Shown: in pieces, positions 36,453 to 49,123 of the stretch
How positions within the stretch are numbered: the first letter of the stretch is position 1
Layout of the letters: the number at the start of each line of letters is the position of its first letter
Assembly: GCA_016928435.1 (NCBI GenBank)
Contig: JAFGKT010000064.1
Coordinates: forward strand, 2,753-66,752
Direction: 5' to 3'
DNA length: 64,000 nt
Source: Sedimentisphaerales bacterium
GTDB taxonomy: Bacteria; Planctomycetota; Phycisphaerae; Sedimentisphaerales; SM23-30
Position numbers and translations under genes: made by a program
The notes under the pieces: generated by a model
Databases searched by the model: none
Told to the model about the DNA's origin: nothing
The model's input: only the letters and a program-made list of their open reading frames with translations

Positions 36453-37865
36453 ATGTTAACTCTAAACAATCCCAGTATGTACAGCTTGCTGAGCAATCTT
36501 TCGAAAACCAGTTCGGCTTTGTCGATTTCCAATATTCGTTTGAGCAGCGGCTTGCGTGTTAATAGTGCCGCGGATGATCCATCGGGTATAATCGCGGCGG
36601 CACGCTACGCATCACATTTAGAGACAATTGACGCCACAATAAGTAACGCTAATCGCATTAGCAGTATAGCCTCCACGGCTGACGGTGCCCTATCGGAAAT
36701 AGGTTCTTTGTTGGCAAGCATTGAAGCGAATGTTATCGCGGCTTCGGGTGACTCGGCAACTTCGGCGGAAATCGCGGCGTACCAGGAGAACATTGATTTA
36801 GCTGTCGATGCGATTGATCGCTTGGTGGACACGACAAGTTTTGACGGACAGCGTTTGCTGGATGGTACTTTGGCTTATAACACCACAGGGGTGGACACAG
36901 ATGATATCGGCAGTTTGAGTATTCGCTCAGCGAATACCAGCAGCGGTTCGATTTCAGTGGAAGTCAGCGCGACAGGCGGCAGTCAGGCTTCGATTACGTT
37001 TGACGCTGTGACTATCGCAGTTGATACGACGATGACGATAACCGGTCCGGACGGCAGCGCGACGGTTGAGTTTACGGCAGGCGATACTAAATCCGACATT
37101 CAAACGGCGATAAACGCGGTGACTGCTGAGACAGGGGTGACGGTGGAATATGCCGGGGGGGCGGCTGATTTGTATCTTAAAACTGAAGACTACGGCTCGG
37201 ATATGACCATAACGCTGAATGTTACCGAAGGAGCGTTTGCGACGGTGGGCGGTGTTACCACAGCCAGCGGTGATGACGGAACAACCACCGTTAACGGTAC
37301 AGCGGTGACACGAGGCAGCGACCATCAGTATTACTATAATAGTTCCGGTATGAGTATGCAGTTTTCTTTGACGGATTCGTTCTTTCAAAGCGGCGGCAAT
37401 ACGACCTTCAGTGTTAGCGGCGATGGTTCGGGTTGGGCTTTGGATACGACAGCTTCAGGGCAACTTAACTTTGGTATTGATTCGTTGGATCCGACCTCAT
37501 TGGGCACCAGCTCATTGGGATATCTCAGTTCATTAAAGAGCGGCGGCGCCAACGCCATGAGTACGGGTAACTTCAGTGCGGCTGAGGATATCGCGGAATA
37601 CGGAATTAGTAGAGTATCGACCGAGCGTGCGCGTATCGGAGCTTTACAGAGTTATACCATTGGCAGTACGATCAATTCACTTACCGATACCAAAGAAGCT
37701 ACAACTACCGCGCTGAGTAATATTATGGACCTGGACTATGCGACGGAAACCGCCAACAATAATCGTCTGCAAATGATGATGGAAGTGGGAGCGTCGATTT
37801 TGGCGTCAATGAGCCAGTTGCAGGGTAATTCGGTATTGACGTTATTGGGTGGTATCTCCCGGTAG
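36453..37865 (+). CDS. fliC: Flagellin
   Basis: Conserved N-terminal D0/D1 (LSSGLRVNSAADDPSGIIAA) and C-terminal (ETANNNRLQMMMEVGASILASMSQLQGNSVLTLL) regions with a variable T/S/G-rich centre. Confidence 0.92.
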   Translation: MLTLNNPSMYSLLSNLSKTSSALSISNIRLSSGLRVNSAADDPSGIIAAARYASHLETIDATISNANRISSIASTADGALSEIGSLLASIEANVIAASGDSATSAEIAAYQENIDLAVDAIDRLVDTTSFDGQRLLDGTLAYNTTGVDTDDIGSLSIRSANTSSGSISVEVSATGGSQASITFDAVTIAVDTTMTITGPDGSATVEFTAGDTKSDIQTAINAVTAETGVTVEYAGGAADLYLKTEDYGSDMTITLNVTEGAFATVGGVTTASGDDGTTTVNGTAVTRGSDHQYYYNSSGMSMQFSLTDSFFQSGGNTTFSVSGDGSGWALDTTASGQLNFGIDSLDPTSLGTSSLGYLSSLKSGGANAMSTGNFSAAEDIAEYGISRVSTERARIGALQSYTIGSTINSLTDTKEATTTALSNIMDLDYATETANNNRLQMMMEVGASILASMSQLQGNSVLTLLGGISR

Positions 37866-38237
37866 TTGCGTTTGTGGGGTAGGTAGACTCCGATTTTGGG
37901 TGTCCCTATTTTATTGGTGGATTGTTACGGAGCAATACAAACAGGGACGGATAGGGATTGGTGATTAGTTCCACCAGGGTGGAATCCCCGCGCTTACGCT
38001 TGGGGCTCTGATTGGCGTGAGGCGGTGGGGGCAGGGGGTGTGTATGGTGGGTGAGGGGATATTTTAGTATGAGAATTTTTGAGTTAAAAACTTGCTGTTG
38101 GGCAATACAAGTGTATATAGTAAATATTGTGCGGCATCGTATGCGGCATAAACCATACTGTTAGGGTATGATTGGTGTTAATTCTTGGGCTGTCGGGCTG
38201 TTGGAGTTATGGCGGCATATTCGAGATGAGGTTGGCT

Positions 38238-40085
38238 ATGGCGACGTATGAAGTGGTGTTTGAGCCGGATGGGGTGAAAGCCAGGGTGGCGGCGGGGGTT
38301 ACGATTATGGATGCCGCCAATAGCGTGGGGATCATTTTGGACGCGGTTTGCGGCGGGGCGGGGACATGCAATAAATGTTTGGTTGAAGTGGATGGTATGG
38401 GCCGCAAGGTGCGCGCGTGCCAAACCAAGGTTGATTGTGACATGGTGGTCACAATTCCTGAAGGTTCGCGTTTCTTCGAGCAGAAGATATTGCAGGAAGG
38501 CATAGCCGCGGACAGCAAGCTCGATCCGCTTATCTGCAAACATCATGTGATTTTGAGCCCGCCGGAATTAGCTGACTTGCGCAGCGATGCGCAACGTTTG
38601 ATCGACGCGGTTGACGTGGACGCCAAGGATCGACACCAATGTTGTCGGTGCCACGATCATGCGGGTACGGCTTCGGGCAGTACAACATTGGCGACAGGAT
38701 TATTGAAGTCTCTGCCGGCGTTATTTCGAGCCCATAATTTCGCGATCACAGCGACTTGCTGCAGCGGTCGAATTTTCGCCTTGGAACCGGGCGATACTAC
38801 GTCAACGCTTTTTGGCGCGGCAGTGGATGTGGGTACTACTACGGTGGTGCTGCAGTTAGCGGATTTGAACAGCGGCGCGGTAGTGGCACGGGCCTCGGCA
38901 GCGAATCCTCAGGTGGCGTTTGGTGACGATGTTATAAGTCGGATCGATTACACACGCGAAAACGCTGATGGTTTGGGGGTGTTGCAGAGGCGGATAATTG
39001 ATTGTGTGAATAAGTTAGTGGCCGAGGTATGCGAAAAGTCTTTGGTGAAACCTTGGCAAATATATGAAATGACGATCGCTGGGAACGCGACGATGCAGCA
39101 TTTGTTCTTGGGTATTCCCGTTGAACAGATTGCTCAGGCGCCTTATGTGGGTGTGTTTTCCAGCGGAGTTAATGTGCCGGCTGATACTTTGGGTTTGAAC
39201 ATTCATCCGCAAGGCAATGTTTATGTTATGCCCAGTGTCGCGGCGCATGTGGGCGGCGATACGGTGGCGGTTGCTTTGGCGACGGCGATGAAGCACAGTG
39301 ATAAAATAAACTTAGCGGTTGATATCGGCACTAATGGTGAGTTGGTTTTGGGCAATAAGGATAGGCTCTTGGCGTGCAGTACCGCGGCGGGTCCGGCGTT
39401 TGAAGGCGCGCGGATTCAGCATGGTATGCGCGGTGCAAGCGGTGCCATCGAACGGGTTCATATAAATGACGATGTTGTCATTGGGGTGATCGGCGGGGGT
39501 AAGCCTAGTGGTATCTGCGGCAGTGGTTTGATCGACGCGATTGCGGAGTTGATTAAATCTCAGGTTATTGATGTTACGGGCCGACTTTTGGAGCCGAATG
39601 ATTTGCCTAGTTCGGTACCGGCGGCGGTGAAAGATCGCGTGATTGTTGGCGAAGACGGCAAGACGGCGTTTGTGTTAGCGCGGGCGGCGGAGACGCAGCA
39701 AGGCCATGATATTATCTTGACGCAAAGAGATATCCGGGAAGCGCAGTTAGGCAAAGCCGCGATTCAAGCGGGGATCGTTACGCTGATGAACGAGTTTGGT
39801 GTGCAATTAGAAGATATTGACAGGTTGTATTTAGCGGGTGCGTTTGGTAATTATATTCGGGCGGAGAGTGCGTGTGCGATTGGATTGTTGCCTGAAAAGA
39901 TGCCTCTAGATCGGATCCAGTTTGTTGGTAATGCCGCGGGTGCCGGCGCCAAGGAAGTTTTGCTCAACCGTCAAGCTCGTATGCACGCGGAGGAATTGGG
40001 GGCGCAGATTGAGTACGTGGAATTGGCCGGCCGAGCGGACTTTCAGAATGTTTTTAGCGAATGCATGATGTTTGGTGAGTTTTGA
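38238..40085 (+). CDS. 2Fe-2S ferredoxin domain + ASKHA ATPase protein (DUF4445 / RACo-like corrinoid activation family)
   Basis: N-terminal plant-type ferredoxin CGGAGTCNKCLV ... ACQ, then an ASKHA fold with AVDVGTTTVV and VDIGTNGELVLG. ATG at 38238 follows GAGG. Confidence 0.8.
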   Translation: MATYEVVFEPDGVKARVAAGVTIMDAANSVGIILDAVCGGAGTCNKCLVEVDGMGRKVRACQTKVDCDMVVTIPEGSRFFEQKILQEGIAADSKLDPLICKHHVILSPPELADLRSDAQRLIDAVDVDAKDRHQCCRCHDHAGTASGSTTLATGLLKSLPALFRAHNFAITATCCSGRIFALEPGDTTSTLFGAAVDVGTTTVVLQLADLNSGAVVARASAANPQVAFGDDVISRIDYTRENADGLGVLQRRIIDCVNKLVAEVCEKSLVKPWQIYEMTIAGNATMQHLFLGIPVEQIAQAPYVGVFSSGVNVPADTLGLNIHPQGNVYVMPSVAAHVGGDTVAVALATAMKHSDKINLAVDIGTNGELVLGNKDRLLACSTAAGPAFEGARIQHGMRGASGAIERVHINDDVVIGVIGGGKPSGICGSGLIDAIAELIKSQVIDVTGRLLEPNDLPSSVPAAVKDRVIVGEDGKTAFVLARAAETQQGHDIILTQRDIREAQLGKAAIQAGIVTLMNEFGVQLEDIDRLYLAGAFGNYIRAESACAIGLLPEKMPLDRIQFVGNAAGAGAKEVLLNRQARMHAEELGAQIEYVELAGRADFQNVFSECMMFGEF

Positions 40086-40142
40086 GTAAGGGGTGCTTGA
40101 GGAGGCGTAGTTGCGGTAGTGGGGGCGATGTAGGACTCGATT

Positions 40143-40673
40143 ATGCTAGAGTTTATTACCGACAGGCAAATATATGACCAGGTGATTGTGGAGCGGTTGC
40201 CCGCGGCGAAGGAGTTTGTTTGGCTGGCGACGGCGGATTTGAAGGACCTTTATGTGGATAAGCCCAAACGACGGAACATGGTGCCGTTGTTGGAGGTGTT
40301 GTCGGATTTGATCGATAACCATGTGGCGATTCGTTTGCTGCACGCCAAGGAGCCGGGCCCGGCGTTTAGGCGCGATTTCGATCGGTATCCCAGTTTGCTC
40401 ACGGGTTTGGAGCGGATACTATGTCCGCGGGTGCATTTTAAGTCGGTTATTGTGGATGGGCGTTTCGCGTATTCGGGCAGCGCGAACTTGACCGGCGCGG
40501 GGATGGGGGCCAAGAATGCCAATCGGCGGAATTTCGAGGCCGGGTTCATCACTACCGACCTCGAATTGATCGAGCCAATTATGGAACAGTTCGATTCTGT
40601 TTGGCGAGGCGAACATTGTCCTGGTTGCCGGCGCAAAGAGTTTTGTGCTGACTACAAAGACATGAACGGTTAA
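40143..40673 (+). CDS. Phospholipase D-family (Nuc-like) single-HKD protein
   Basis: HKD motif HFKSVIVDGRFAYSGSANLT (HxK-x4-D-x6-GSxN), 176 aa, C-terminal CPGC...C cluster. Confidence 0.8.
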   Translation: MLEFITDRQIYDQVIVERLPAAKEFVWLATADLKDLYVDKPKRRNMVPLLEVLSDLIDNHVAIRLLHAKEPGPAFRRDFDRYPSLLTGLERILCPRVHFKSVIVDGRFAYSGSANLTGAGMGAKNANRRNFEAGFITTDLELIEPIMEQFDSVWRGEHCPGCRRKEFCADYKDMNG

Positions 40674-40680
40674 CTCGTTT

Positions 40681-43266
40681 TTACTTATCGAAGGTGAAGC
40701 TGTGTGCTTGGGCGTCGATTTTTACGGTGTCGCCGTCGGTGTATTGGCCGGCCAGGATTTTTTGGGCGAGGGGGTTTTCCAATTTTTGCTGAATGGTGCG
40801 TTTTAATGGCCGGGCGCCATAGGAGACGTCGTAGCCTTCTTCGAGGAGCATGTCTTTAGCGGCATCGGATATTTGCAGTTGCAGGTGTTTTTGTGCCATT
40901 CGTTTTTGCAGATAGCCCAGTTGTATGTCCACGATTTTGCGCAGTTGTTCTTGGCCGAGCGGATGGAAGACGATGGTTTCGTCCACACGGTTAAGGAACT
41001 CCGGGCGGAAGAATTGTTTGAGTACATCTTTGACATGGGCTTCGATTTCCCAGTCGGCTCCTTTTTCTTCGCGGAGTTTTTGGATTTGGGCGCCGGCGAT
41101 ATTGCTGGTCATGATGATAAGGGTGTTTTTGAAGTCGACGGTTCGGCCGTGGCCGTCGGTCAATCGGCCGTCGTCCAGCACTTGCAGCAAAACATTAAAT
41201 ACATCGCGATGGGCTTTTTCAATTTCGTCGAGTAAGATTACGCTATATGGTTTGCGTCTGATAGCTTCGGTGAGTCGGCCGCCTTCTTCGTAGCCGATGT
41301 ATCCGGGAGGCGCGCCAATCAACCGGGCGACGCTGTGTGGTTCCATGAACTCACTCATGTCGATACGCACCATGGCGTTTTCGTCGTTAAATAAGAATTC
41401 CGCCAGGGCACGGCTGAGTTCGGTTTTGCCTACGCCGGTCGGGCCTAAGAAGATGAAGCTGCCCATCGGTCGATTAGGATCGCCCAGTCCGGCCCGAGCG
41501 CGACGTATAGCATTGCTTACGGCTTGGACGGCTTCTTCTTGGCCGACGACTCGCTTGGATATCTCCGTTTCCATGTGCAGCAGTTTTTCCATTTCACCGG
41601 TGAGTAGTTTGCTAACCGGTATGCCGGTCCATTTAGCGACGACATGGGCGATTTCATCTGGGGTGACTTCTTCTTTGACCAGGCTGTTGCCGTTATGTTG
41701 CTGAGCGGCTTTTTCTTGAGCTTGTTCAAGATTTTTTTGTAACTCCGCGATTGTGCCATAACGCAACCTCGCTGCGGTTTCCAAGTCGCCGCGGCGCTGG
41801 GCTTCTTCTAGTTCGCGTTGAGCTGTGTCAATTTGTTCTTGGATGTTCTTAGCTTCTTTGAGCAGACCGGTTTCGGCTTCCCAACGGGCCGTCAAGGCGT
41901 GGTCCTGTTCTTCCAGGTCAGCTAACTGTTCTTGCAGTTTTGCCAACCTTTGTTTGGATGCTTTGTCAGTTTCTTTTTTGAGTGCTTCGCGTTCGATTTG
42001 CAGTTGCATTATTCGACGGCGCAGCTCATCGAGTTCACTGGGCAGCGAATCGTTTTCGATGCGCAAACGCGAGGCGGCTTCGTCGATGAGGTCGATAGCT
42101 TTGTCAGGCATGAATCGGTCAGCGATATAGCGATTGCTCAGGGTTGCCGCGGCGACCAAGGCGCTGTCGGTGATACGCACACCGTGATGAATGTCGTAGC
42201 GTTGTTTTAATCCGCGTAATATCGCGATGGTGTCTTCGACGGAAGGTTCATCAATAAGAATCGGTTGGAAGCGTCGTTCCAGGGCGGCGTCTTTTTCGAT
42301 GTATTTACGATATTCGTCCAGAGTGGTGGCGCCGATACATCGCAGTTGTCCGCGCGCCAGGGCGGGCTTGAGCAGGTTGCCCGCATCGACGGCGCCTTCG
42401 GCTTTGCCGGTACCGACTACCAAGTGCAGTTCGTCAACAAATAGAATGATCTGGCCATCGGAATCGGTGACTTCTTTAAGCACAGCTTTGAGACGGTCTT
42501 CGAATTCGCCGCGAAACTTTGCGCCCGCAATCAAAGCGCCCATATCCAAACCGATAACCCGTTTGTCTTTTAAGCCCGCGGGCACATCGCCGTTAACAAT
42601 ACGTTGGGCGAGACCTTCGACGATAGCGGTTTTACCTACACCTGGTTCACCGATCAGGACAGGGTTGTTTTTGGTACGCCGGCCTAGCACCTGCATGCAA
42701 CGGCGGATTTCCTCATCGCGACCGATGACCGGGTCGAGTTTGCCTTTGCGGGCTAGTTCGATCAGATCGATGCCGTACTTTTCCAGGGTTTGATATTTGT
42801 TTTCGGGATTGGCATCAGTCACTTTTTGTCCGCCGCGAATTTCCTGCAAAGCCGCGAGTACCTCATTGCGATTGACAGCGTTGACTTCAAGCAGTTCCTT
42901 GGCAGGACTGGGTACTTCCAGCAACGCCAACAGAATATGCTCGGTGCTGAGATATTCATCTTTGAGGGTGTCCGCTTCTTTGTTGGCTTGGATCATTACC
43001 TTCTGCAGGGCTGCGTCGCCGGTCAGTTGGCCTGCCCCGCTGACTTGGGGTAAGCGATCCAATTCGTCTTTGGTCATACTGATAATTTGGTCAACATTAC
43101 AGCCGGTTTTGTTCAGTATGGCGGGGACTATACCGCCTTGGGCGTCTTGGAAAAGTCCAGCCAAGACGTGAAGCGGGGTGAGATTGGCGTGGCCGGAGTT
43201 CGTGGCGATTTCCTGGGCGGTGGCCAAGGCTTGCTGAGCTTTGATTGTCATTTTTTCAAATCGCAT
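40681..43266 (-). CDS. clpB: ATP-dependent chaperone ClpB
   Basis: Clp N-domain, NBD1 GEPGVGKT, long middle coiled coil, NBD2 GPTGVGKT, 861 aa. Confidence 0.97.
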   Translation of the reverse strand: MRFEKMTIKAQQALATAQEIATNSGHANLTPLHVLAGLFQDAQGGIVPAILNKTGCNVDQIISMTKDELDRLPQVSGAGQLTGDAALQKVMIQANKEADTLKDEYLSTEHILLALLEVPSPAKELLEVNAVNRNEVLAALQEIRGGQKVTDANPENKYQTLEKYGIDLIELARKGKLDPVIGRDEEIRRCMQVLGRRTKNNPVLIGEPGVGKTAIVEGLAQRIVNGDVPAGLKDKRVIGLDMGALIAGAKFRGEFEDRLKAVLKEVTDSDGQIILFVDELHLVVGTGKAEGAVDAGNLLKPALARGQLRCIGATTLDEYRKYIEKDAALERRFQPILIDEPSVEDTIAILRGLKQRYDIHHGVRITDSALVAAATLSNRYIADRFMPDKAIDLIDEAASRLRIENDSLPSELDELRRRIMQLQIEREALKKETDKASKQRLAKLQEQLADLEEQDHALTARWEAETGLLKEAKNIQEQIDTAQRELEEAQRRGDLETAARLRYGTIAELQKNLEQAQEKAAQQHNGNSLVKEEVTPDEIAHVVAKWTGIPVSKLLTGEMEKLLHMETEISKRVVGQEEAVQAVSNAIRRARAGLGDPNRPMGSFIFLGPTGVGKTELSRALAEFLFNDENAMVRIDMSEFMEPHSVARLIGAPPGYIGYEEGGRLTEAIRRKPYSVILLDEIEKAHRDVFNVLLQVLDDGRLTDGHGRTVDFKNTLIIMTSNIAGAQIQKLREEKGADWEIEAHVKDVLKQFFRPEFLNRVDETIVFHPLGQEQLRKIVDIQLGYLQKRMAQKHLQLQISDAAKDMLLEEGYDVSYGARPLKRTIQQKLENPLAQKILAGQYTDGDTVKIDAQAHSFTFDK

Positions 43267-43391
43267 AATTTATTCCTTTTATATGCTGCTGTCCGTTAGT
43301 GGTTTAGCTGTCGCCGGTGGTGTTATGCAGTTTGGGCCCTTTCGCGTTGGCTGTAACAGGCAATATATTCCACCATACTCAAAGTCTTGTT

Positions 43392-43407
43392 CGCAAATAC
43401 CGTGCCA
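43392..43407 (-). promoter_or_regulatory. Sigma-54 (-24/-12) promoter candidate for clpB
   Basis: The minus strand reads TGGCACGGTATTTGCG, matching TGGCACG-N4-TTGC with exact GG/GC spacing. It lies about 125 nt upstream of the clpB ATG. Confidence 0.65.
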
Positions 43408-43494
43408 TAAAGCGGATGTTTTGTTTAAGTATTTGTGGTAAAAGGCTTTATATTGCAATGGTTTTTGGAGAAGATTTGACGGAGTTTAAAAGTC

Positions 43495-43597
43495 TGCCAT
43501 TGTGGCATGAAATAGGTCCAGTTTGCGGCTGTGGCAGTTGGACTTTATACAGCCTGTCAGGTTGGCACGGACATCTGCCAACATTGCCACAGTGGCA
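43495..43597. promoter_or_regulatory. Cluster of TGCCA/TGGCA palindromes (candidate enhancer-binding-protein sites)
   Basis: TGCCA-TTG-TGGCA (43495-43507), TTGGCA-N8-TGCCAA (43562-43581), TGCCA-CAG-TGGCA (43585-43597). All lie midway between the two sigma-54 promoter candidates. Confidence 0.45.
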
Positions 43598-43697
43598 GGC
43601 TATCCCTGAGGGCGGATGGGTGAGACGATAATTGTCAATAGCGTAAAATGTTTTACAGCAATAGTTTACGATCTAGTACGAAGGTTTGTAGTTTTTC

Positions 43698-43713
43698 TGG
43701 CATTGTCTTTGCT
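43698..43713 (+). promoter_or_regulatory. Sigma-54 (-24/-12) promoter candidate for groEL-groES-groEL
   Basis: TGGCATTGTCTTTGCT matches TGGCAY-N5-TTGCW with exact spacing. It lies about 115 nt upstream of the groEL ATG. Confidence 0.6.
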
Positions 43714-43804
43714 TTGTGTGACGACATAGAGTCGGAGTCTAGCCTGACTCCGTGGCAAAGAATAAATCGGTAGTGACAATTTGAGTTACTTTTAAATCCG
43801 CTAG

Positions 43805-45526
<1,722 letters not shown>

Positions 45527-45627
45527 TAGTTCTTGCCTTAGCGGCCCCTGAGTAAATACCAACTGTAATATAGTTAAGTAGAAGTTTTTACATAAAACCA
45601 GATTTTTAATCATAGGAGTTTAGAAGT

Positions 45628-45918
45628 ATGAAGGTTAAGCCATTAGATGATAGAGTGTTGGTAAAGCAGTGTGATGCCGAGACTAAAACGGCCGGCGGTA
45701 TTGTTCTGCCTGATTCTGCCCAAGAGAAGCCTCAACGCGGCATCGTGCAACAATGCGGCCCGGGCAAAATGCTCGACAGCGGCGAACGTGGCGGCATGAG
45801 TGTCAAAAGTGGCGACGAAGTCTTCTACGGCAAATATGCCGGTACGGAAGTCCAAATCGATCAAGAGACCTACGTTATTCTGCGGGAAAGCGACATTTTG
45901 GCGATCCTGACCAAGTAA
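45628..45918 (+). CDS. groS: Co-chaperonin GroES
   Basis: MKVKPLDDRVLVK ... GDEVFYGKYAGTEV, 96 aa. Confidence 0.96.
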   Translation: MKVKPLDDRVLVKQCDAETKTAGGIVLPDSAQEKPQRGIVQQCGPGKMLDSGERGGMSVKSGDEVFYGKYAGTEVQIDQETYVILRESDILAILTK

Positions 45919-46036
45919 CGGTTATTATCGCAATTAAAGCAAAAACTCTTAAGCCGGTTTGTCGGCGGGGTACAAGATGTGCTGACGTGAAAACGTGACG
46001 CGGATTTGACCCTCAGAGATAGAATGGAGTTATATA

Positions 46037-47647
46037 ATGGCCAAGCAAATGATGTTTGATGATGCCGCCCGAAAAGAAATTCAGGACGGCCTGATGCGGC
46101 TGGCTTCAGCGGTGAAGGTTACGATGGGGCCGACGGGTCGTAACGTGATCCTGCAGAAAAGTTTCGGTTCGCCCCGTGTCACCAAAGATGGTGTTAGTGT
46201 TTCCAAAGAAATCGAACTGCCCGAGCCTTTTGCCAACATGGGCGCGAAAATGGTGAATCAAGTAGCCAGCAAGACCAGTGATGTGGCCGGTGACGGCACA
46301 ACCACGGCTACGGTTCTTGCCGAAGCGATCTACACCGAAGGGCTCAAATATGTTGCCGCGGGTGTAAATCCCATGTCGCTGCAGCGCGGTATTAACAAAG
46401 CTGTCGCGGTGGCGGTAGAGTCAATCGCCAAGCAGAGCAAAAAGGTTAAAGGCAGCGACGATATCGCCAAGGTCGGTGCTATAAGCGCCAATAACGATCC
46501 GCAGATCGGCAAGCTTTTGGCTGAAGCCATGGACAAAGTCGGCAAGCAGGGCGTTATCGAAGTCGAAGAAGGTAAAGGTATCGAGACTGAACTGGAAGTT
46601 GTCGAAGGTATGCAGTTCGACAAAGGTTTTCTGTCGCCTTACTTTATAACCAAGGCCAGCAGTATGGAAGCCGTTCTGGAAGATTGCTATATTCTCATTC
46701 ACGAGAAGAAGATCAGCAATCTGCGGGAGTTGGTTCCGTTGCTGGAAAAAATCGCCGGCTCCGGCAAGCCGTTGTTGATGATTGCTGAGGATGTTGAAGG
46801 CGAAGCCCTGGCGGCTTTGGTTATCAACAAGCTGCGCGGCGTGCTGCACGTTTGTGCGGTTAAAGCTCCCGGCTTTGGTGATCGTCGCAAAGCCATGCTG
46901 GGTGATATCGCGGCGTTAACCGGCGGGCAAATGATCAGCGAAGATCTGGGCTTGAAACTGGAAAACATCGAAATGTCCCAATTGGGCCAAGCTCGTCGTG
47001 TTGTTATCACCAAAGAGAACACCACGATTGTCGATGGTGCCGGTGCCAAGAAAGATATCAAAGCCCGCATCAATCAAATCGAAAGTCAAATTGAAAAAAC
47101 CACCAGCGATTATGATCGTGAGAAACTACAAGAGCGTCTCGCCAAGTTAACCGGCGGCGTTGCTGTTGTAAGAGCCGGTGCTCCAACCGAAACCGCGATG
47201 AAGGAACGCAAGGATCTGTTGGAAGACGCTCTGCATGCAACCCGGGCCGCGACCGAAGAAGGTGTAGTACCTGGCGGCGGCGTGGCGTTGCTGCGGGCGA
47301 TTAAGACGGTTCAGCAGGCGCAAAAGGATATCGTCAACGACGAGAAATTCGGTTTCGAGATCATCGCCAAAGTACTAAAGGCCCCGGCGCGTCAGATTGT
47401 CGAGAATAGTGGTGCCGACGCGGCCATGGTGATTTCAGAGCTGATGGAGAAAACCGGCTCGGCTGGGTATAATGCCGCCAAGGGTGAGTTTGTTGACATG
47501 CTAGAAGCTGGTATTATCGACCCTGCCAAGGTTACCCGCGCTGCTTTGCAGAACGCCGGCAGCGTCGCTGGGCTTATGTTAACAACCAAGGTTCTGATTA
47601 CCGATCTCAAAGATGATGAAGAACCTGTGCAGGGCGCGATTAGCTAA
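46037..47647 (+). CDS. groL: Chaperonin GroEL (copy 2, acidic tail, no GGM repeats)
   Basis: [34 protein letters not shown]. Ends [14 protein letters not shown]. Confidence 0.97.
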   Translation: MAKQMMFDDAARKEIQDGLMRLASAVKVTMGPTGRNVILQKSFGSPRVTKDGVSVSKEIELPEPFANMGAKMVNQVASKTSDVAGDGTTTATVLAEAIYTEGLKYVAAGVNPMSLQRGINKAVAVAVESIAKQSKKVKGSDDIAKVGAISANNDPQIGKLLAEAMDKVGKQGVIEVEEGKGIETELEVVEGMQFDKGFLSPYFITKASSMEAVLEDCYILIHEKKISNLRELVPLLEKIAGSGKPLLMIAEDVEGEALAALVINKLRGVLHVCAVKAPGFGDRRKAMLGDIAALTGGQMISEDLGLKLENIEMSQLGQARRVVITKENTTIVDGAGAKKDIKARINQIESQIEKTTSDYDREKLQERLAKLTGGVAVVRAGAPTETAMKERKDLLEDALHATRAATEEGVVPGGGVALLRAIKTVQQAQKDIVNDEKFGFEIIAKVLKAPARQIVENSGADAAMVISELMEKTGSAGYNAAKGEFVDMLEAGIIDPAKVTRAALQNAGSVAGLMLTTKVLITDLKDDEEPVQGAIS

Positions 47648-47942
47648 CATCTAAGTGGAATGTCCGGATGATATTTTCCGGGTTCTGTTTAGATACTGAT
47701 CGTTGCTTGTTGATGAAGTAATTTGACAGCCGTGGTCACGATGTTGGCTCTGTATGATTGCTCGCAAAATGCTATATGATCTAGAATAGCGTTAGCGGGA
47801 CTAAATCAAACAGGCAAGACATCGTGGCCGACGGTGGTTTTTGTTTCGAGAACAATTCTCGATATGCAAACTGAGGCTATGCGACGGCGCAATTTGCCGT
47901 TTTTGGGTCATTGGCCCATAGCTGTTGTTTTGGATGGGCTTT

Positions 47943-49097
47943 ATGGCAGCAACCAAACGCGACTACTATGAAGTGTTGGGCGTTAAACGCGATTCCAGCC
48001 CGGAAGACATCAAACGCGCCTATCGGCGTTTGGCGATGAAATATCATCCGGATCGCAACCCAGACCAGCCCGAATGTGAGCAGAAGTTCAAAGAATGCGC
48101 TGAAGCCTACGAAGTACTCAGCGACTCGCAAAAACGACAGCAGTATGATCGTTTCGGCCATGAAGGACTGCGCGGCAGCGGAATGCACGACTTCTCGCAT
48201 ATGCGCTCCGATGATATCTTCAGCATGTTCGATGATATCCTGGGTGGTGTTTTTGGCGGTGGTCGTCGGCGCGGTGGTCGATCGGGCAACCGTGCGGCTC
48301 GCGGTTATGATATCGAAACCCAAGTCACCATCAGCATGCAAGAAGTACTCAGCGGCGTAGAAAAGCTGCTGGAGTTCAAGCGACGTGATCTTTGCCCGCA
48401 ATGCAAAGGCAGCGGCGCCGAGCCTGGTCATGATCGTGAACCTTGTGCCCAGTGTGGCGGTCAAGGCCAAGTAGCCCAATCAGGTATGGGCGGACTGTTT
48501 CGTATGGTTACCACTTGTCCGCGTTGTAAAGGCGCAGGCAGTGTAGTAACTCATCCGTGCAAAGCATGTCATGGTCAAGGAATGGTCGAGAAAGAGCGTA
48601 AGCTGACTCTCAAGATTCCCGCCGGCATTAGTGACGGACAAGCAGTTCGGGTTACCGGTGAAGGCGAACCCGGCCAGCACGGCGGTCCATCGGGTGATTT
48701 GTATTGCTATGTTAGAGTGAAGGGGCACGATTTTTTGCATCGCGAAGGCGATGACTTGGTAGTGCGTTTGCCGATAAGTTTCAGCCAAGCGGCATTAGGC
48801 GCTACCGTTGAAGTACCTTCTTTGTCCGGTCGGCGCGAAATAGAAATACATCCGGGTACGCAGCATGGCGCGGTGATCGAAGTCAAAGGCCAAGGTTTAC
48901 CCAATATTCGTAGCGGCCGGCGCGGTTCGCTGCTGGTGCAGGTTTTGATCGAGATTCCTAAGAAGCTCAACAAAGAACAGAAGAAGCTGTTGCGGCAATT
49001 TGCCGAGACCGAAGATAAAACTGTATTGCCGGAAAGCAAAGGGTTTTTTGATAAACTCAAAGATTACTTTGCCGGCGAAAGTCACAATTCCAACTAA
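47943..49097 (+). CDS. dnaJ: Molecular chaperone DnaJ (type I, with zinc finger)
   Basis: J domain HPD (KYHPDRNP), G-rich linker, four CxxCxGxG repeats ([32 protein letters not shown]). Confidence 0.96.
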   Translation: MAATKRDYYEVLGVKRDSSPEDIKRAYRRLAMKYHPDRNPDQPECEQKFKECAEAYEVLSDSQKRQQYDRFGHEGLRGSGMHDFSHMRSDDIFSMFDDILGGVFGGGRRRGGRSGNRAARGYDIETQVTISMQEVLSGVEKLLEFKRRDLCPQCKGSGAEPGHDREPCAQCGGQGQVAQSGMGGLFRMVTTCPRCKGAGSVVTHPCKACHGQGMVEKERKLTLKIPAGISDGQAVRVTGEGEPGQHGGPSGDLYCYVRVKGHDFLHREGDDLVVRLPISFSQAALGATVEVPSLSGRREIEIHPGTQHGAVIEVKGQGLPNIRSGRRGSLLVQVLIEIPKKLNKEQKKLLRQFAETEDKTVLPESKGFFDKLKDYFAGESHNSN

Positions 49098-49123
49098 ATG
49101 CTTTACGCTGTAAATGAGTTATT

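Noticed and set aside
43317-43631. 104-aa plus-strand ORF in the clpB/groEL intergenic region.
   Set aside because: It has no RBS, no family resemblance and atypical composition. The region is better explained by promoters and palindromic binding sites.
43621-43648. dif-like candidate TGAGACGATAA-TTGTCA-ATAGCGTAAAA near the skew switch.
   Set aside because: Only about 6/11 matches per arm to the E. coli XerC/XerD arms, and the inner CATAA/TTATG palindrome is missing. This is not distinguishable from chance by eye.
47746-47763. TGGCTC-N7-TTGCT upstream of dnaJ as a third sigma-54 promoter.
   Set aside because: The GG to GC spacing is 12 nt rather than 10, outside the tolerated geometry.
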